From positions 29,433 to 93,432 of the forward strand of contig JAEZJZ010000020.1 of assembly GCA_023436245.1 (NCBI GenBank): 64,000 nt of DNA, given 5' to 3'. The stretch comes from Bacillota bacterium. GTDB lineage: Bacteria > Bacillota > UBA994 > UBA5500. Made by a program: the position numbers and the translations under genes. Below, piece by piece: positions 1 through 9,152 of this stretch (positions are counted from its first letter, which is position 1; each line of letters opens with the position of its first letter). The notes beneath the pieces were generated by a model. It saw only the letters and a program-made list of their open reading frames with translations, did no database searches and was not told where the DNA came from.

Positions 1-657
1 GTGCACGCCGAGCCGGCTGGCTTGCAGCGCGGCCTGGGTGCGGGTCTTGACGTTCATCTTCTGCAGGATGTTGGCCACATGCGTCTTCACCGTCTTCTCG
101 GTGACCACCAACTGCTCGGCAATCTCCCGATTCCCGAGACCGCGAGCCAAGAGTTTGAGCACGTCCAGCTCACGCTCGGTCAGCGACGCGATCTGTTCGT
201 GGGCGGGCGAGCCCTCAACTGGGGCGGCGCTATGTCCAGCCGCCAGTGCCTGGGGCGTAACGCCGCGCCCCAAGTAGGTGCCGCCAAAGGCCACTGCTTG
301 AATCGCTGCCGCCAACTCCCCCGGGGGGGCGTTCTTCAAGCAGTAGCCAGAAGCACCTGCGGCCAGTGCCTGCTGCACCTTTTCTCCGCTCCCGAAGCTG
401 GTCAGAATGAGCACGCGCACTTCCGGGTCGCGCGCCAGCACTGCCCGCGTGGACGCAATGCCGTCCATTCCGGTCATCTGCAGGTCCATCAGCACCACGT
501 CAACCCGGTTGCTGGCGACCATCTCCAGCGCTTGCTCTCCGCTTTGCGCAGCGCCGACCAGTTCAAAGCCGGCTACGCTGTCGAGATACAGCTTCACGCC
601 TTCCCGGAAGAACGGATGATCATCGACGATCAGTATGCGAATCTTGCCTTCGTCCAC
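1..657 (-). CDS. LuxR/NarL-family response regulator (REC + HTH_LuxR); 3' end runs off window start
   Basis: Minus-strand translation gives MRILIVDDHPFFREGVK...DLQMTGMDG (receiver domain) followed by ERELDVLKLLARGLGNREIAEQLVVTEKTVKTHVANILQKMNV (LuxR HTH). GTG start at 657. The listed + ORF 1..738 is its antisense. Confidence 0.8.
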   Translation of the reverse strand, partial: MDEGKIRILIVDDHPFFREGVKLYLDSVAGFELVGAAQSGEQALEMVASNRVDVVLMDLQMTGMDGIASTRAVLARDPEVRVLILTSFGSGEKVQQALAAGASGYCLKNAPPGELAAAIQAVAFGGTYLGRGVTPQALAAGHSAAPVEGSPAHEQIASLTERELDVLKLLARGLGNREIAEQLVVTEKTVKTHVANILQKMNVKTRTQAALQASRLGVH

Positions 658-749
658 TTGCCTCCACCCCTTTACAGACAGTATATCATCGCCAGTCGCC
701 GCAGACAGCGGCAAGCGGAATCTCCCAATCCTGACTAGTCCAGTTGCCC

Positions 750-950
750 CTTATAGCGGCTCGGCATGCCGAGCCAGTTCCGATCCCGCAGCATGCGAGA
801 GCGTTCAAAAAGTCCGATCCTTGGGGTCGTAGCACCACAGCATGCTGTGGTGCCGGGATCGGCTCGGCATGCCGAGCCTCTACGGAACACAAATTGAACA
901 GTCTCGCATGCTGCGGGGCTACATTAGGGTAAAAGGCGGCTTTCTGAATG
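750..950. repeat. Composite palindromic repeat, family A (GGCTCGGCATGCCGAGCC / CCCGCAGCATGCTGCGGG units)
   Basis: Perfect palindrome GGCTCGGCATGCCGAGCC occurs twice here (about 766 and 862), plus GCAGCATGC and CATGCTGCGGGG units. A second copy lies at 29893-30022. Confidence 0.7.
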
Positions 951-1016
951 CCATCACATGCCGCACCGATTCCCCCAGTTTGGGGCAGAATAGCGGCAGC
1001 GAAGGAGGTAAGGCAA

Positions 1017-2648
1017 GTGGCACAAGGATTGACAGTGGGACAGTATTTGGTGGAACAACTCTCGGCCTGGGGCGTCGAACGGGTCTACGGGGTGGTGGGC
1101 GACAGCCTCTTCTTTCTGCTCGATGCCATCGGCAAGAGCGATCGGCTGCAGTTCATCCCTACCCGGCACGAATCGGCAGCCGCGTTCATGGCCTCGGCCG
1201 AAGCAAAGCTGACTGGGCGGATGACGATGTGTGTGGCTACCAGTGGGCCAGGCATGCTCAACCTGTTGAACGGCCTAGCGGATGCCCACACCGACCGAGC
1301 GCCGGTACTGGCGGTCACGGGGCAGGTACCCACCGATCGTATTGGCACCGGCTACAAACAGTACATTGACCAACAGGTGATGGTACAGCCCCTGGCAGCC
1401 TACTCGGCGCTGCTGGTTACGCCCAAGGCGCTGCCAGAACTGCTGGAGAACGCCGTGTCGGCCGCCCAACTGAAAGGGCAAGTGGCGCATCTCTCCATTC
1501 CAAAGGATCTGTTTGGGCAGATGGTGGCAGCGGAAATCAAGCCGCCGCGGCGCTACCAAGGCGTGCTGCCGGAACCGACCGACGAACAACTGTCAGAGGC
1601 CGCCCAGTTGCTGGCCAAGGCCAGCCGCTCAGCTTTCCTGGTGGGGCTGGGGGCGAGGGGCTGTGGGGAGCAGTTGGTAGCGTTGGCGGAGCGGCTGTCC
1701 GCGCCGATCATCCTCAGCCTGCCGGCCAAGGGCATCGTTCCGGGGAGTCATCCCAACGTGTTGGGCGGGCTGGGTCAGGGCGCATCAGACCCGGCTATAC
1801 GGGCATTGCAGGAAGCCGACCTCGTCGTTTCCATCGGTGAAACCTGGTGGCCGAAGCAATACACCCCGCGAGCCCCAGCAGTGCTGCAGATTGACGCCTG
1901 CGCCGAGAACGTCGCCGCCAGCCGCCCGGTGGAATATGCGCTGATCGGGCCAGTGGCGCGAGTGTTGCCTCGCCTGATCAAGAAGCTGCAAGCAAGCAAC
2001 GGCGACAGAGCATGGCTGGACAGTCTGCTGCAGGCCAAAGAAACATGGGATAATCAGCTGGCGATGGAGGCAAAGGCTAGCGGCAGCCCTGTCCACCCGG
2101 CCAGCCTGATCAAGGCTGTGGAACAGGCGGCCGATCAGGACGCGATTATCTGCTTGGATGTGGGCGACCACGTCGTCTGGTTCAACCGCCAGTTCAGCGG
2201 GCAGAGACACTTCGTGCAGCTCTCCGGCACCTGGCGCAGTATGGGCTTCGGTCTACCGGCCGCCATCGCCAGCAAGCTGGCTGCACCCGAGCGACAGGTG
2301 ATTCTGATCACCGGCGACGGTGGTCTGCAGATGGTGATGGGTGAGCTGCTGACAGCCGGTGCCCTCTCCACTGGCATCGTCACGGTGGTGGTCAATAACG
2401 GCGCACTGGCCATGGAACGGAACCGCATGATCGCCGCTGGCCTGCAGCCCGTCGGCACAAAACTGCACAACCCCAACTTTCGGGCAGTGGCCACCGCCTG
2501 CGGCTGGCATGGCCAGCAGGTGGACGATGCCAGCCAACTGTCCACTGCCCTGCAGACGGCCATACAGCAGGCGAGGCAGGGCACTCCCGCCCTGCTGGAT
2601 GTGATCACGTCCGATTCGATGGCGCCTGGCACAAGTCCTTGGGAATGA
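1017..2648 (+). CDS. Thiamine-pyrophosphate-dependent enzyme, pyruvate oxidase / acetolactate-synthase-like (POX family)
   Basis: N-terminal TPP-pyrimidine-domain motifs (VYGVVGDSL...TSGPGMLNLLNGLADAH), a central domain, and a C-terminal TPP-binding GDGGLQMVMGEL...NNGALAM. GTG start 1017 sits after AGGAGGTAAGGCAA. Confidence 0.75.
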   Translation: MAQGLTVGQYLVEQLSAWGVERVYGVVGDSLFFLLDAIGKSDRLQFIPTRHESAAAFMASAEAKLTGRMTMCVATSGPGMLNLLNGLADAHTDRAPVLAVTGQVPTDRIGTGYKQYIDQQVMVQPLAAYSALLVTPKALPELLENAVSAAQLKGQVAHLSIPKDLFGQMVAAEIKPPRRYQGVLPEPTDEQLSEAAQLLAKASRSAFLVGLGARGCGEQLVALAERLSAPIILSLPAKGIVPGSHPNVLGGLGQGASDPAIRALQEADLVVSIGETWWPKQYTPRAPAVLQIDACAENVAASRPVEYALIGPVARVLPRLIKKLQASNGDRAWLDSLLQAKETWDNQLAMEAKASGSPVHPASLIKAVEQAADQDAIICLDVGDHVVWFNRQFSGQRHFVQLSGTWRSMGFGLPAAIASKLAAPERQVILITGDGGLQMVMGELLTAGALSTGIVTVVVNNGALAMERNRMIAAGLQPVGTKLHNPNFRAVATACGWHGQQVDDASQLSTALQTAIQQARQGTPALLDVITSDSMAPGTSPWE

Positions 2649-2654
2649 CAAACA

Positions 2655-2695
2655 GGCGGGTGGAACGCTGGGGCCTGTCCCCGCGTTCCATCCGC
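2655..2695. terminator. Stem-loop, repeat family B (GGAACGCTGGGGCctgtCCCCGCGTTCC), downstream of the TPP enzyme gene
   Basis: Near-perfect inverted repeat directly after the TGA at 2648. It belongs to the GGGGAC-N-GTCCCC hairpin family also seen at 14275, 15737 and 42988. Confidence 0.5.
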
Positions 2696-2738
2696 CTTTG
2701 CTGATCAATCCAAAATGCGTAATGAAATCTCCGCTAGA

Positions 2739-2773
2739 GCATACATTGTAGATATAACGTACACAATGTATAC
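2739..2773. promoter_or_regulatory. Inverted repeat CATACATTGTA-N12-TACAATGTATAC overlapping a TAGATATAAC -10-like box; putative operator/promoter of the downstream TA-like pair
   Basis: Arms at 2741-2750 and 2763-2772 are reverse complements (9/10). It sits about 30 bp upstream of the RBS GGGAGGGAGAGGGGAG and the ATG at 2800. Confidence 0.4.
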
Positions 2774-2799
2774 TCGAGGGAGGGAGAGGGGAGTTGCCA

Positions 2800-3231
2800 A
2801 TGTCAGCAGCCTTGACGCGAAATGCCACCGACGTGAGAAAGAACTTCCGACAGTTCTTTGACCAGGTTCTGCATGAAAAACCGCAAGCCATTGTTCGGCA
2901 TGGCGATGACATGGTGCTCGCGTTGTCGCTGAAACACCTCGAGGCCATGCTTGACTCAATCGATTTCACGATGGAAGTTGAACAGGAACCTGACGGTAGC
3001 GTGTCCGGCTCTGTGTTGGAATTGCCCGTCTGTGAAAATGCCTCGTCCACTGAAGAACTGGAACTGGCCTTGGCCAGGGGCTTGGTCGACTACGCCGATG
3101 TCTACCTTTCCGAGTTTGAGCGCTGTTTCCACTCGCCGAACCTGCGCAAGCAGTTCGCCCATGTGATGAAAGTGTACCTGCAGCCCACCGTTGAGGCTGT
3201 CGCCAGCCTGATCAATGGGCAGCCTTGCTGA
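2800..3231 (+). CDS. Phd/YefM-like antitoxin-domain protein with a C-terminal extension
   Basis: N-terminus TDVRKNFRQFFDQVLHEKPQAIVRHGDDMVLALSLKHLEAML matches the Phd/YefM fold signature. Strong RBS. Overlaps the downstream gene by 17 nt. Confidence 0.55.
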   Translation: MSAALTRNATDVRKNFRQFFDQVLHEKPQAIVRHGDDMVLALSLKHLEAMLDSIDFTMEVEQEPDGSVSGSVLELPVCENASSTEELELALARGLVDYADVYLSEFERCFHSPNLRKQFAHVMKVYLQPTVEAVASLINGQPC

Positions 3232-3433
3232 CCTCCGGCGTTTCGCGCGCAAACATGGAGTATTACTGCGGAACACGGATCACGAGTTCTATCTAATCAC
3301 CCATCCACTGACCGGCGAAGAACTGATCTTGAAGGTCTCTCATGGGCAGGGCGAGATCCCACCTAACCTCTGGAAGCGAATCCTGCGACAGCAGCTGAAG
3401 CTCAGTCAGGAGGAGTTCAACCGCTACATTTAG
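3215..3433 (+). CDS. HicA-like (YcfA family) small toxin-like protein
   Basis: 72 aa: LADLRRFARKHGVLLRNTDHEFYLITHPLTGEELILKVSHGQGEIPPNLWKRILRQQLKLSQEEF matches the HicA pattern (helix, then G-HH, then beta strands, then ...L+Q.GL). Translationally coupled to the upstream gene. Confidence 0.45.
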   Translation: MGSLADLRRFARKHGVLLRNTDHEFYLITHPLTGEELILKVSHGQGEIPPNLWKRILRQQLKLSQEEFNRYI

Positions 3434-3508
3434 GGGCTAAAAAGTAGGCGCACACTGCCGCTGGTGGTGTGCGCTTGCTACTTATGGCCGGAGGTGTCTA
3501 GGCAAGAA

Positions 3509-4309
3509 CTAGAGGATCCACTTCAGAGTGCGTAGCACCTCATAGTAGTCATTGCTGGTGAACCGCACCGTGTTGTCGCCAGTCTTCTGCACGCCCGGGA
3601 AATGCGAGACTTTCTCCGCGTACGCGTGCTCTTTGAAGAGAATCTCCACCTCAAAGGACTCAGCCAGTTGGATTTTGGCTGCTCCGAGGTCCTGGCGGAC
3701 GGCCGCTTCTGCTGCCTGTCGAATGCGCTTGACCACTGTGTCAGGCGAGTAGTTTCTGGTTAGATTGCCGCGCCCGCTCTTGGTGGGCACAGTCAACAAG
3801 CTGGGATGCAGTTGCTTCCCGTCACCACACAGCATTTCGTCGCCTGAGAGCAGCACAGTCGGCACCCCTTCCAACGCGCAAGCCCAGCTGTAGATGGTGA
3901 ACTCGGAGGCATAGAGGCCGTTGATCTTGATCCAGAGCGGCCTGCCGGTCAGCGTGTGTGCCAGAGGGTTCCCGGGCCTGCCAGCCGCAGAATGGTAGCC
4001 GATGAACATGGCGCAATCAAAGCTGTTGTCCACTCCCTCCACCATCAGATAGGGATGGCCTGACCAGTTGCGCAGCAGAACCACATTTTCCGGCATCTGC
4101 GCCGGGTCGATGTTCAGGCCGGAACCATGCGCGTCTTTGACATAGATTTCGGTCGCTCCGCCCGCAAAAGCCCCTTCACAGGCAGCCAACACTTCTCGCG
4201 TCATCTGTTTGGCGTGTGGTGCGGCCATTGCCTCGGAAGAAGTGTGCGTTTCCTTCCAATCCGTAGTGGTAGTAATGCCTTCGATGTCTGCACTGATGAA
4301 CACTCTCAT
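3509..4309 (-). CDS. dppA: D-aminopeptidase DppA (peptidase M55)
   Basis: MRVFISADIEGITT...EIYVKDAHGSGLN is the typical M55 N-terminus. RBS AAGGGGG. Confidence 0.75.
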   Translation of the reverse strand: MRVFISADIEGITTTTDWKETHTSSEAMAAPHAKQMTREVLAACEGAFAGGATEIYVKDAHGSGLNIDPAQMPENVVLLRNWSGHPYLMVEGVDNSFDCAMFIGYHSAAGRPGNPLAHTLTGRPLWIKINGLYASEFTIYSWACALEGVPTVLLSGDEMLCGDGKQLHPSLLTVPTKSGRGNLTRNYSPDTVVKRIRQAAEAAVRQDLGAAKIQLAESFEVEILFKEHAYAEKVSHFPGVQKTGDNTVRFTSNDYYEVLRTLKWIL

Positions 4310-4429
4310 CTCGGTTAACCCCCTTCTGGAAAACTGCTATAGAGCAGTTCCTCTCTCGCCCGCGCAAACCCTCTTTCCCGGCGGTAGAACAGTGGAGACT
4401 GAGGACGCAGACCATCAGTTGGCTCTTGC

Positions 4430-6286
4430 TTAATTGGTGGCATAGTATTGCGCCTGGGCATGCCACAACGCGTAGTACTTGCCGCCTTTGTCGGTCACCA
4501 GTTCATCGTGGCTGCCGCGCTGCACCAGTTCGCCCTGGTGGAACACGGCGATGTCGTCGCAGAAGCGGCAGGAGGAAAGGCGGTGCGAGATGTAGATGGC
4601 CGTCTTGCCGCCGACCAGGGTGTCGAAACGGGAATAGATCTCAAACTCGGCGATGGGGTCGAGCGCGGCTGTCGGTTCGTCCAGCACAACGAAGGGGGCG
4701 TCTTTGTACAGCGCGCGGGCCAGCGCGATCTTCTGCGCTTCGCCACCGGAGACCTCCACACCGCTCTCTTCAAAATCCTTATACAGGCTGGTTTCGGCGC
4801 CGTCTCGCATCTGCGCGTAGCGGTCGCCGAACCCAGCTGCCTCTAGGCATGCCTCGACGCGCTGCTGGTCGTATACTGTATCGGCGGCCACGTTTTGCCC
4901 CAGCGGCAGCGAGAACAGCTTGAAGTCCTGAAAGACTACGCTGAAGATGGACATATACTCATCGTAATCGTACTTTCGGATGTCGATGCCGTTCAGCGTG
5001 ATCTCCCCCTCGGTGGGATCGTACAGGCGGCAGAGCAACTTGATCATGGTGGTCTTGCCAGAGCCGTTCATGCCCACTACCGCCAGCTTCTGCCCGATGT
5101 TCAGCCTGAGGTTGAGGTTCTTCAGGGCGAACTCCTGGCTACCTGGGTACTTAAATGATACATGGTGGAACTCAATCTCATGTTCGTTATCGTCGCGTTT
5201 CTCCACCGGCAGCGTGCCCTTATGCATGGGACTTTGCAGGTCAAGGAACTGGTAGAATAGCTGCAGCGCTTCGCCATTGGCGCGAAACTCGGCGATGGTG
5301 GTCATGAAGCCGGAGAAGCCTCCGATCAGGTGCTGGATGCTGCCCACATACTGCACGATGCTGCCGATGCCATATAACCCAAATAACGCTCTGAGAGCAA
5401 CAAAAGCGTAAACCAAACCGCTGACCAAGGTGGAGAGCAGAACGTTCAGATTGGCGTAACGGGTCTCAAAGGCGATCATCTTATGGAAGGTCCGCATGCC
5501 ATGGGTGAACATGCCTTCCCAGCCCTCCCGCATGATCAGATCCCTCTGGTTGTACAAGCGGATGTCCTTGCCCATCCTGTAGTTGCCGATCAACTCAGCA
5601 TAATAGCCAAAGACTCGATTGATCGAGATAAAGCCCTTTCCGACCTCGTATGTCGCCTTAGTGGCGCGCGCATTCAGCCACATCGAAAGCGCCACGTTCA
5701 GGCAGATGAACAGCACCACCAAGGCGGAGAACAGCGGCGAGCCGACGAACATCCAGTTGCCGGCATAGTGAGTCGGCACGGTGGTGAAAGCGCCGAACAC
5801 AACGGCGACGGAAAAGACCACGACAAAGAAATGCTTGGTCAGCGGGCCAAACCGCTCGAACAGCTTGATCAAGCCAAGGCTGGACCATTGCTGAAAATCG
5901 TGCAGGCGTTGGCGCATGCGCTGCACATCTGGACTCTCCACGCTCTGATAATCCAGCTGATCGAGTTTCTGGTTGATCAGATAGGTGGTTTTTCCACGGA
6001 ACAGATTGGTCAAAACTCCGATGGGGCGGTTGACGACACTGACCAGCAGCGTGATGGCCAGGTTGGCGCCCACTGTCAGCAGCGCCAGCACCAGCAGATC
6101 CCTCAGGTCTCGCCGCGCGATCAGGGCATCAATGATGCGGCCGGCCATGTAGATGTTCACAAACGGAGACAGCGCCTCCAGCAGCCCTTTGATCAGGCTC
6201 AACGTGAGAAACCAGGGGCTGGTAGCCCGGATGGTGCCATAGCCGCGCAGAATGAGCCGCAACTCATTGCGCAATCGTTCCGGCAT
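4430..6286 (-). CDS. ABC transporter, fused permease/ATP-binding protein (type I exporter half-transporter)
   Basis: Six-TM N-terminal half, then NBD with GMNGSGKTT (Walker A), LSGGEAQKIALARAL (signature) and VVLDEPTAALD (Walker B). Start chosen at ATG 6286 after GGGAGGTG. Overlaps the upstream paralog by 23 nt. Confidence 0.85.
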   Translation of the reverse strand: MPERLRNELRLILRGYGTIRATSPWFLTLSLIKGLLEALSPFVNIYMAGRIIDALIARRDLRDLLVLALLTVGANLAITLLVSVVNRPIGVLTNLFRGKTTYLINQKLDQLDYQSVESPDVQRMRQRLHDFQQWSSLGLIKLFERFGPLTKHFFVVVFSVAVVFGAFTTVPTHYAGNWMFVGSPLFSALVVLFICLNVALSMWLNARATKATYEVGKGFISINRVFGYYAELIGNYRMGKDIRLYNQRDLIMREGWEGMFTHGMRTFHKMIAFETRYANLNVLLSTLVSGLVYAFVALRALFGLYGIGSIVQYVGSIQHLIGGFSGFMTTIAEFRANGEALQLFYQFLDLQSPMHKGTLPVEKRDDNEHEIEFHHVSFKYPGSQEFALKNLNLRLNIGQKLAVVGMNGSGKTTMIKLLCRLYDPTEGEITLNGIDIRKYDYDEYMSIFSVVFQDFKLFSLPLGQNVAADTVYDQQRVEACLEAAGFGDRYAQMRDGAETSLYKDFEESGVEVSGGEAQKIALARALYKDAPFVVLDEPTAALDPIAEFEIYSRFDTLVGGKTAIYISHRLSSCRFCDDIAVFHQGELVQRGSHDELVTDKGGKYYALWHAQAQYYATN

Positions 6287-8087
6287 CGGCTTCACCTCCC
6301 GCGGCCTGTTTATAGTAGTGACTCTGAATCTCAAACATGGCGCTATACTTGCCGCCCTGGGCCATCAAAGTATCGTGGGTGCCGGACTCGACGATGCTGC
6401 CGTTTTCGATCAGGCAGATGCGATCGCAGAAGCGGGTGCTGGCCAACCGGTGCGAGATAAAGATGGATGTCTTCCCGGTGGACATCTCATGGTATTGCTC
6501 ATACATGGCGCTTTCGGCGATGGGGTCGAGCGCGGCCGTCGGTTCGTCCAAGACGAGGATGTGCCCGCCCTTGTACAGCGCCCGCGCCAGGGCCAACTTC
6601 TGTGTCTCGCCGCCGGAAAGCTCGATGGCATCGTCATACAGGCTCTTGCCCAGGCGGGAATCGAGGCCCTGCGGCAAGGCGTCTGTCTTCTCCGCCAACC
6701 CGGCCAGCCGCACCACCTCCCGCACCCGGGCATCATCCGCCGGTGCGCCGGACGTGATATTGTCCCTGAGTGAGATGGGCAGCAGGTTCATGTCCTGAAA
6801 GACAGCCGCGAAGAGGGAGTGGTATTCGGTGCGGTTGTACTCCAGGATGTTGCGTCCACCCACCAGGATTTCGCCGGCCGTCGGGGCGTAGAAGCCGCAC
6901 AAGAGCTTAATCAGAGTGGTCTTGCCGGCGCCGTTGTGGCCTACGATGGCGAATTTCTCGCCCCGGCCGATGGTGAAGCTGAGGTTGCTGAACAGCAGTT
7001 CGTCTGGCGTATACCCGAAACTGACGTTGCGGAATTCGATCTCGCACGTGGATTGTGGCAAGGGGGCTCCAACACCGCGGTTGAACCGATCGGGCATCTC
7101 TAGGTAATCACGCAGATCGCACAGGCTGAGGCTGTGTTTGTCCAGCTTGCTCCACTCGCTGGCAAACCCCATCAGCCAGGTCGACAGCCCGCCGATGACA
7201 CCAAAGTACAGCACGAAGCTGTCGGCCGACAGCCCCTTGGCCACCAGCAAATGGATCAGGTAGCCGTATACCACAAGATCCCGGATGAAAGCGAGCAGGC
7301 TGCCGACGGCCTCCACTGCAAACCAGCGGTTGGCGGTTCTTGTGTACCAGGCTTGACGTTCACTCAGGAATCGTTCATGCAGGCGATGAAACCAGTCCGC
7401 CATGTTGTACAGTCGGATGTCTTTGGCCTGCGAAAAGTCCAGCGATTTGGCCAACAGATAGGACAGTTTTCGGTCGATGGAGACCCAGTTGTCGCGACTC
7501 TGAAACTCCCACAGGTTGTACCGCTTGGCCAGATAGTAGTTGGCAGCAGCGATCAAAATGATGAACAGTATGATCAGCGGGTTGAGCGTCGTGATGATGC
7601 TCGCATAGGTGACGAGGCCGAACAAGTTGGCCGCCACGGCGACGCAACTGCCAACAGAGGCCTCCGCGGCACCATTGTTTCCGTCCATCGTTTGATAGGC
7701 TTTGGTGAAGCGCTGGCGACCGGCCGGGCTTTCAATGTTCTCGTAATCGGTATCCATGGATTTGATCGCTGTCAGCCGCAGGTATTGAAACCGGTGCATC
7801 AGGGAATGGGCACGAATGCTTCCGTCGAGAACATTGGTGATCGCTGTCACGGCGAAGATGGCGACCGAAAAGAGCGCAATGCGCAACACGATCTGCTCCG
7901 GCGCCCGACCTTCTGTGACCAGCTTCACCACGTGGCTGGACAGATAAATGCCGAGGAGCGGCAGGGCGACGGTGACGGGCACTTTCAATGCGCTGTTCAT
8001 CAGCAAAGTTTTGTCCCAGAGCCAAATGTTCCTCCAGAGAAAAGCGAGGTTCTGCCAGAGCGAGTACTTGGGCTTCATGCCATGCAT
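6264..8087 (-). CDS. ABC transporter, fused permease/ATP-binding protein (heterodimer partner)
   Basis: GHNGAGKTT, LSGGETQKLALARAL, LVLDEPTAALD. RBS GGAGGTG before the ATG at 8087. Confidence 0.85.
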   Translation of the reverse strand: MHGMKPKYSLWQNLAFLWRNIWLWDKTLLMNSALKVPVTVALPLLGIYLSSHVVKLVTEGRAPEQIVLRIALFSVAIFAVTAITNVLDGSIRAHSLMHRFQYLRLTAIKSMDTDYENIESPAGRQRFTKAYQTMDGNNGAAEASVGSCVAVAANLFGLVTYASIITTLNPLIILFIILIAAANYYLAKRYNLWEFQSRDNWVSIDRKLSYLLAKSLDFSQAKDIRLYNMADWFHRLHERFLSERQAWYTRTANRWFAVEAVGSLLAFIRDLVVYGYLIHLLVAKGLSADSFVLYFGVIGGLSTWLMGFASEWSKLDKHSLSLCDLRDYLEMPDRFNRGVGAPLPQSTCEIEFRNVSFGYTPDELLFSNLSFTIGRGEKFAIVGHNGAGKTTLIKLLCGFYAPTAGEILVGGRNILEYNRTEYHSLFAAVFQDMNLLPISLRDNITSGAPADDARVREVVRLAGLAEKTDALPQGLDSRLGKSLYDDAIELSGGETQKLALARALYKGGHILVLDEPTAALDPIAESAMYEQYHEMSTGKTSIFISHRLASTRFCDRICLIENGSIVESGTHDTLMAQGGKYSAMFEIQSHYYKQAAGGEADAGTIAQ

Positions 8088-8224
8088 GTGCTCACCTCCA
8101 TCCCCAGCGTAGCAAAAACCGACGTGTCAGGCCGATTTTCGCACGAGTGGTATGCTCTTCTGCACGAATGGTCAAATACCGAGACGGAAGGGACGGACCG
8201 AGATTGCTGAAAAAGTCCTCCTTT

Positions 8225-8327
8225 GTCATCCTGAGCGTAGCGAAGGATCCTATTGAAGGCCGTGCTTGCGGACAGGCAAGATTCTTCACGGAGTTTACAC
8301 TGAGCTTGCCAAAGTGTTCAGAATGAC
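8225..8327. repeat. Structured repeat, family C (GTCATCCTGAGCG-N-CGAAGGATCC...GATTCTTC...CAGAATGAC), long variant
   Basis: Nested inverted repeats. Outer arms GTCATCCTGAGCG / (CA)GAATGAC, inner arms CGAAGGATC / GATTCTTCG. Other copies at 16597-16649 and 50790-50841. The spurious ORF 7988..8326 reads through it. Confidence 0.65.
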
Positions 8328-8413
8328 ATTTCCCGAGGGTTTTTCAGTGGTCTCGTACAGCCCTTTCTGCTTCACTGGGGCTACGACTGTCCGGCTCGCT
8401 GGATTGCTGATGG

Positions 8414-9148
8414 TCAGATGGGCAGCAGCACTTCCGTGGCGAAGACGCCCGCCTCGTGTTGCCGGTTGACATAACCACAGTACTTGTCGGCGATCTTGTC
8501 GACGCGCACCAGGCCGAAGCCGTGGGATGGCGAATCCTTGGTGGAGAGATAGCGTCCGCCGGTTTTTCGCACCTCGCCTCCGGCGCTGTTGGTGACAGAT
8601 ATGTACAACTGCCCCTTCAATATCCCTAAATAGACCCGAATAAACCGCTGGTCCGCCGCGTCCAGCCGCAGACAAGCCTCGATGGCGTTGTCTAGTAGGT
8701 TGCCCAAGATGACGCAGAGATCGATCTCGGAGACAGAGAGCGAGCGCGGCACTGTCGCCTTGGCGTTGATGGCGATGCCCCGTGCCTTGGCCAGTGACAG
8801 CTTGGAGTTGAGGATGGCATCCACCATCACATTACCCGCCTTCACCAGCGTGTCCACAGCAGCCAGGTCAGCGTCCAGCTTGCCCAGGTAATCGGTCACC
8901 TCCGCCGTCTGTCCCAGCGTCAGATAGGCCTTCAGCGCTTGGATATGGTTATGGTAGTCGTGGCGCCAGCCGCGCATTTGCTGGTAGATGTTCTCCACCT
9001 CGTCGATATGCTTGCTCACCAGGTCGTTCTGGTAATCGGCGATGCGCCTGTCCACCAGCCGCGGCAGATAAAGCTTCACCACCAGGATGGCGCCGGTCCC
9101 GAGCAGCAGTAGACCGACGGCCAGCCACACACACAAGATCCAGTTCAT
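8414..9148 (-). CDS. Sensor histidine kinase, GHKL/HATPase_c_5 type (partner of a LytTR regulator), single N-terminal TM helix
   Basis: One TM (MNWILCVWLAVGLLLLGTGAILVV), then a SpoOB-like helical domain carrying H (RHDYHNHIQAL), then an ATPase region (LGNLLDNAIEA; SHGFGL). Stop lies 4 nt after the RR gene. Confidence 0.7.
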   Translation of the reverse strand: MNWILCVWLAVGLLLLGTGAILVVKLYLPRLVDRRIADYQNDLVSKHIDEVENIYQQMRGWRHDYHNHIQALKAYLTLGQTAEVTDYLGKLDADLAAVDTLVKAGNVMVDAILNSKLSLAKARGIAINAKATVPRSLSVSEIDLCVILGNLLDNAIEACLRLDAADQRFIRVYLGILKGQLYISVTNSAGGEVRKTGGRYLSTKDSPSHGFGLVRVDKIADKYCGYVNRQHEAGVFATEVLLPI

Positions 9149-9152
9149 GGCA

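Noticed and set aside
1-738. 245-aa + strand ORF at window start
   Set aside because: It is the antisense of a clear LuxR-type response regulator on the minus strand. High GC keeps the antisense frame open.
740-950. CRISPR array possibility for the palindromic repeats
   Set aside because: There is no regular repeat-spacer periodicity. Units are palindromic, variably spaced and dispersed (REP/MITE-like), and no cas genes are present.
5483-8210. Long + strand ORFs (325 and 358 aa) inside the ABC transporter genes
   Set aside because: They are antisense to strongly supported ABC exporter genes with Walker/signature motifs. They have no motifs and GC-driven open frames.
7988-8326. 112-aa ORF containing ...VILSVAKDP...
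   Set aside because: It is a spurious translation across the family C structured repeat in an intergenic region.
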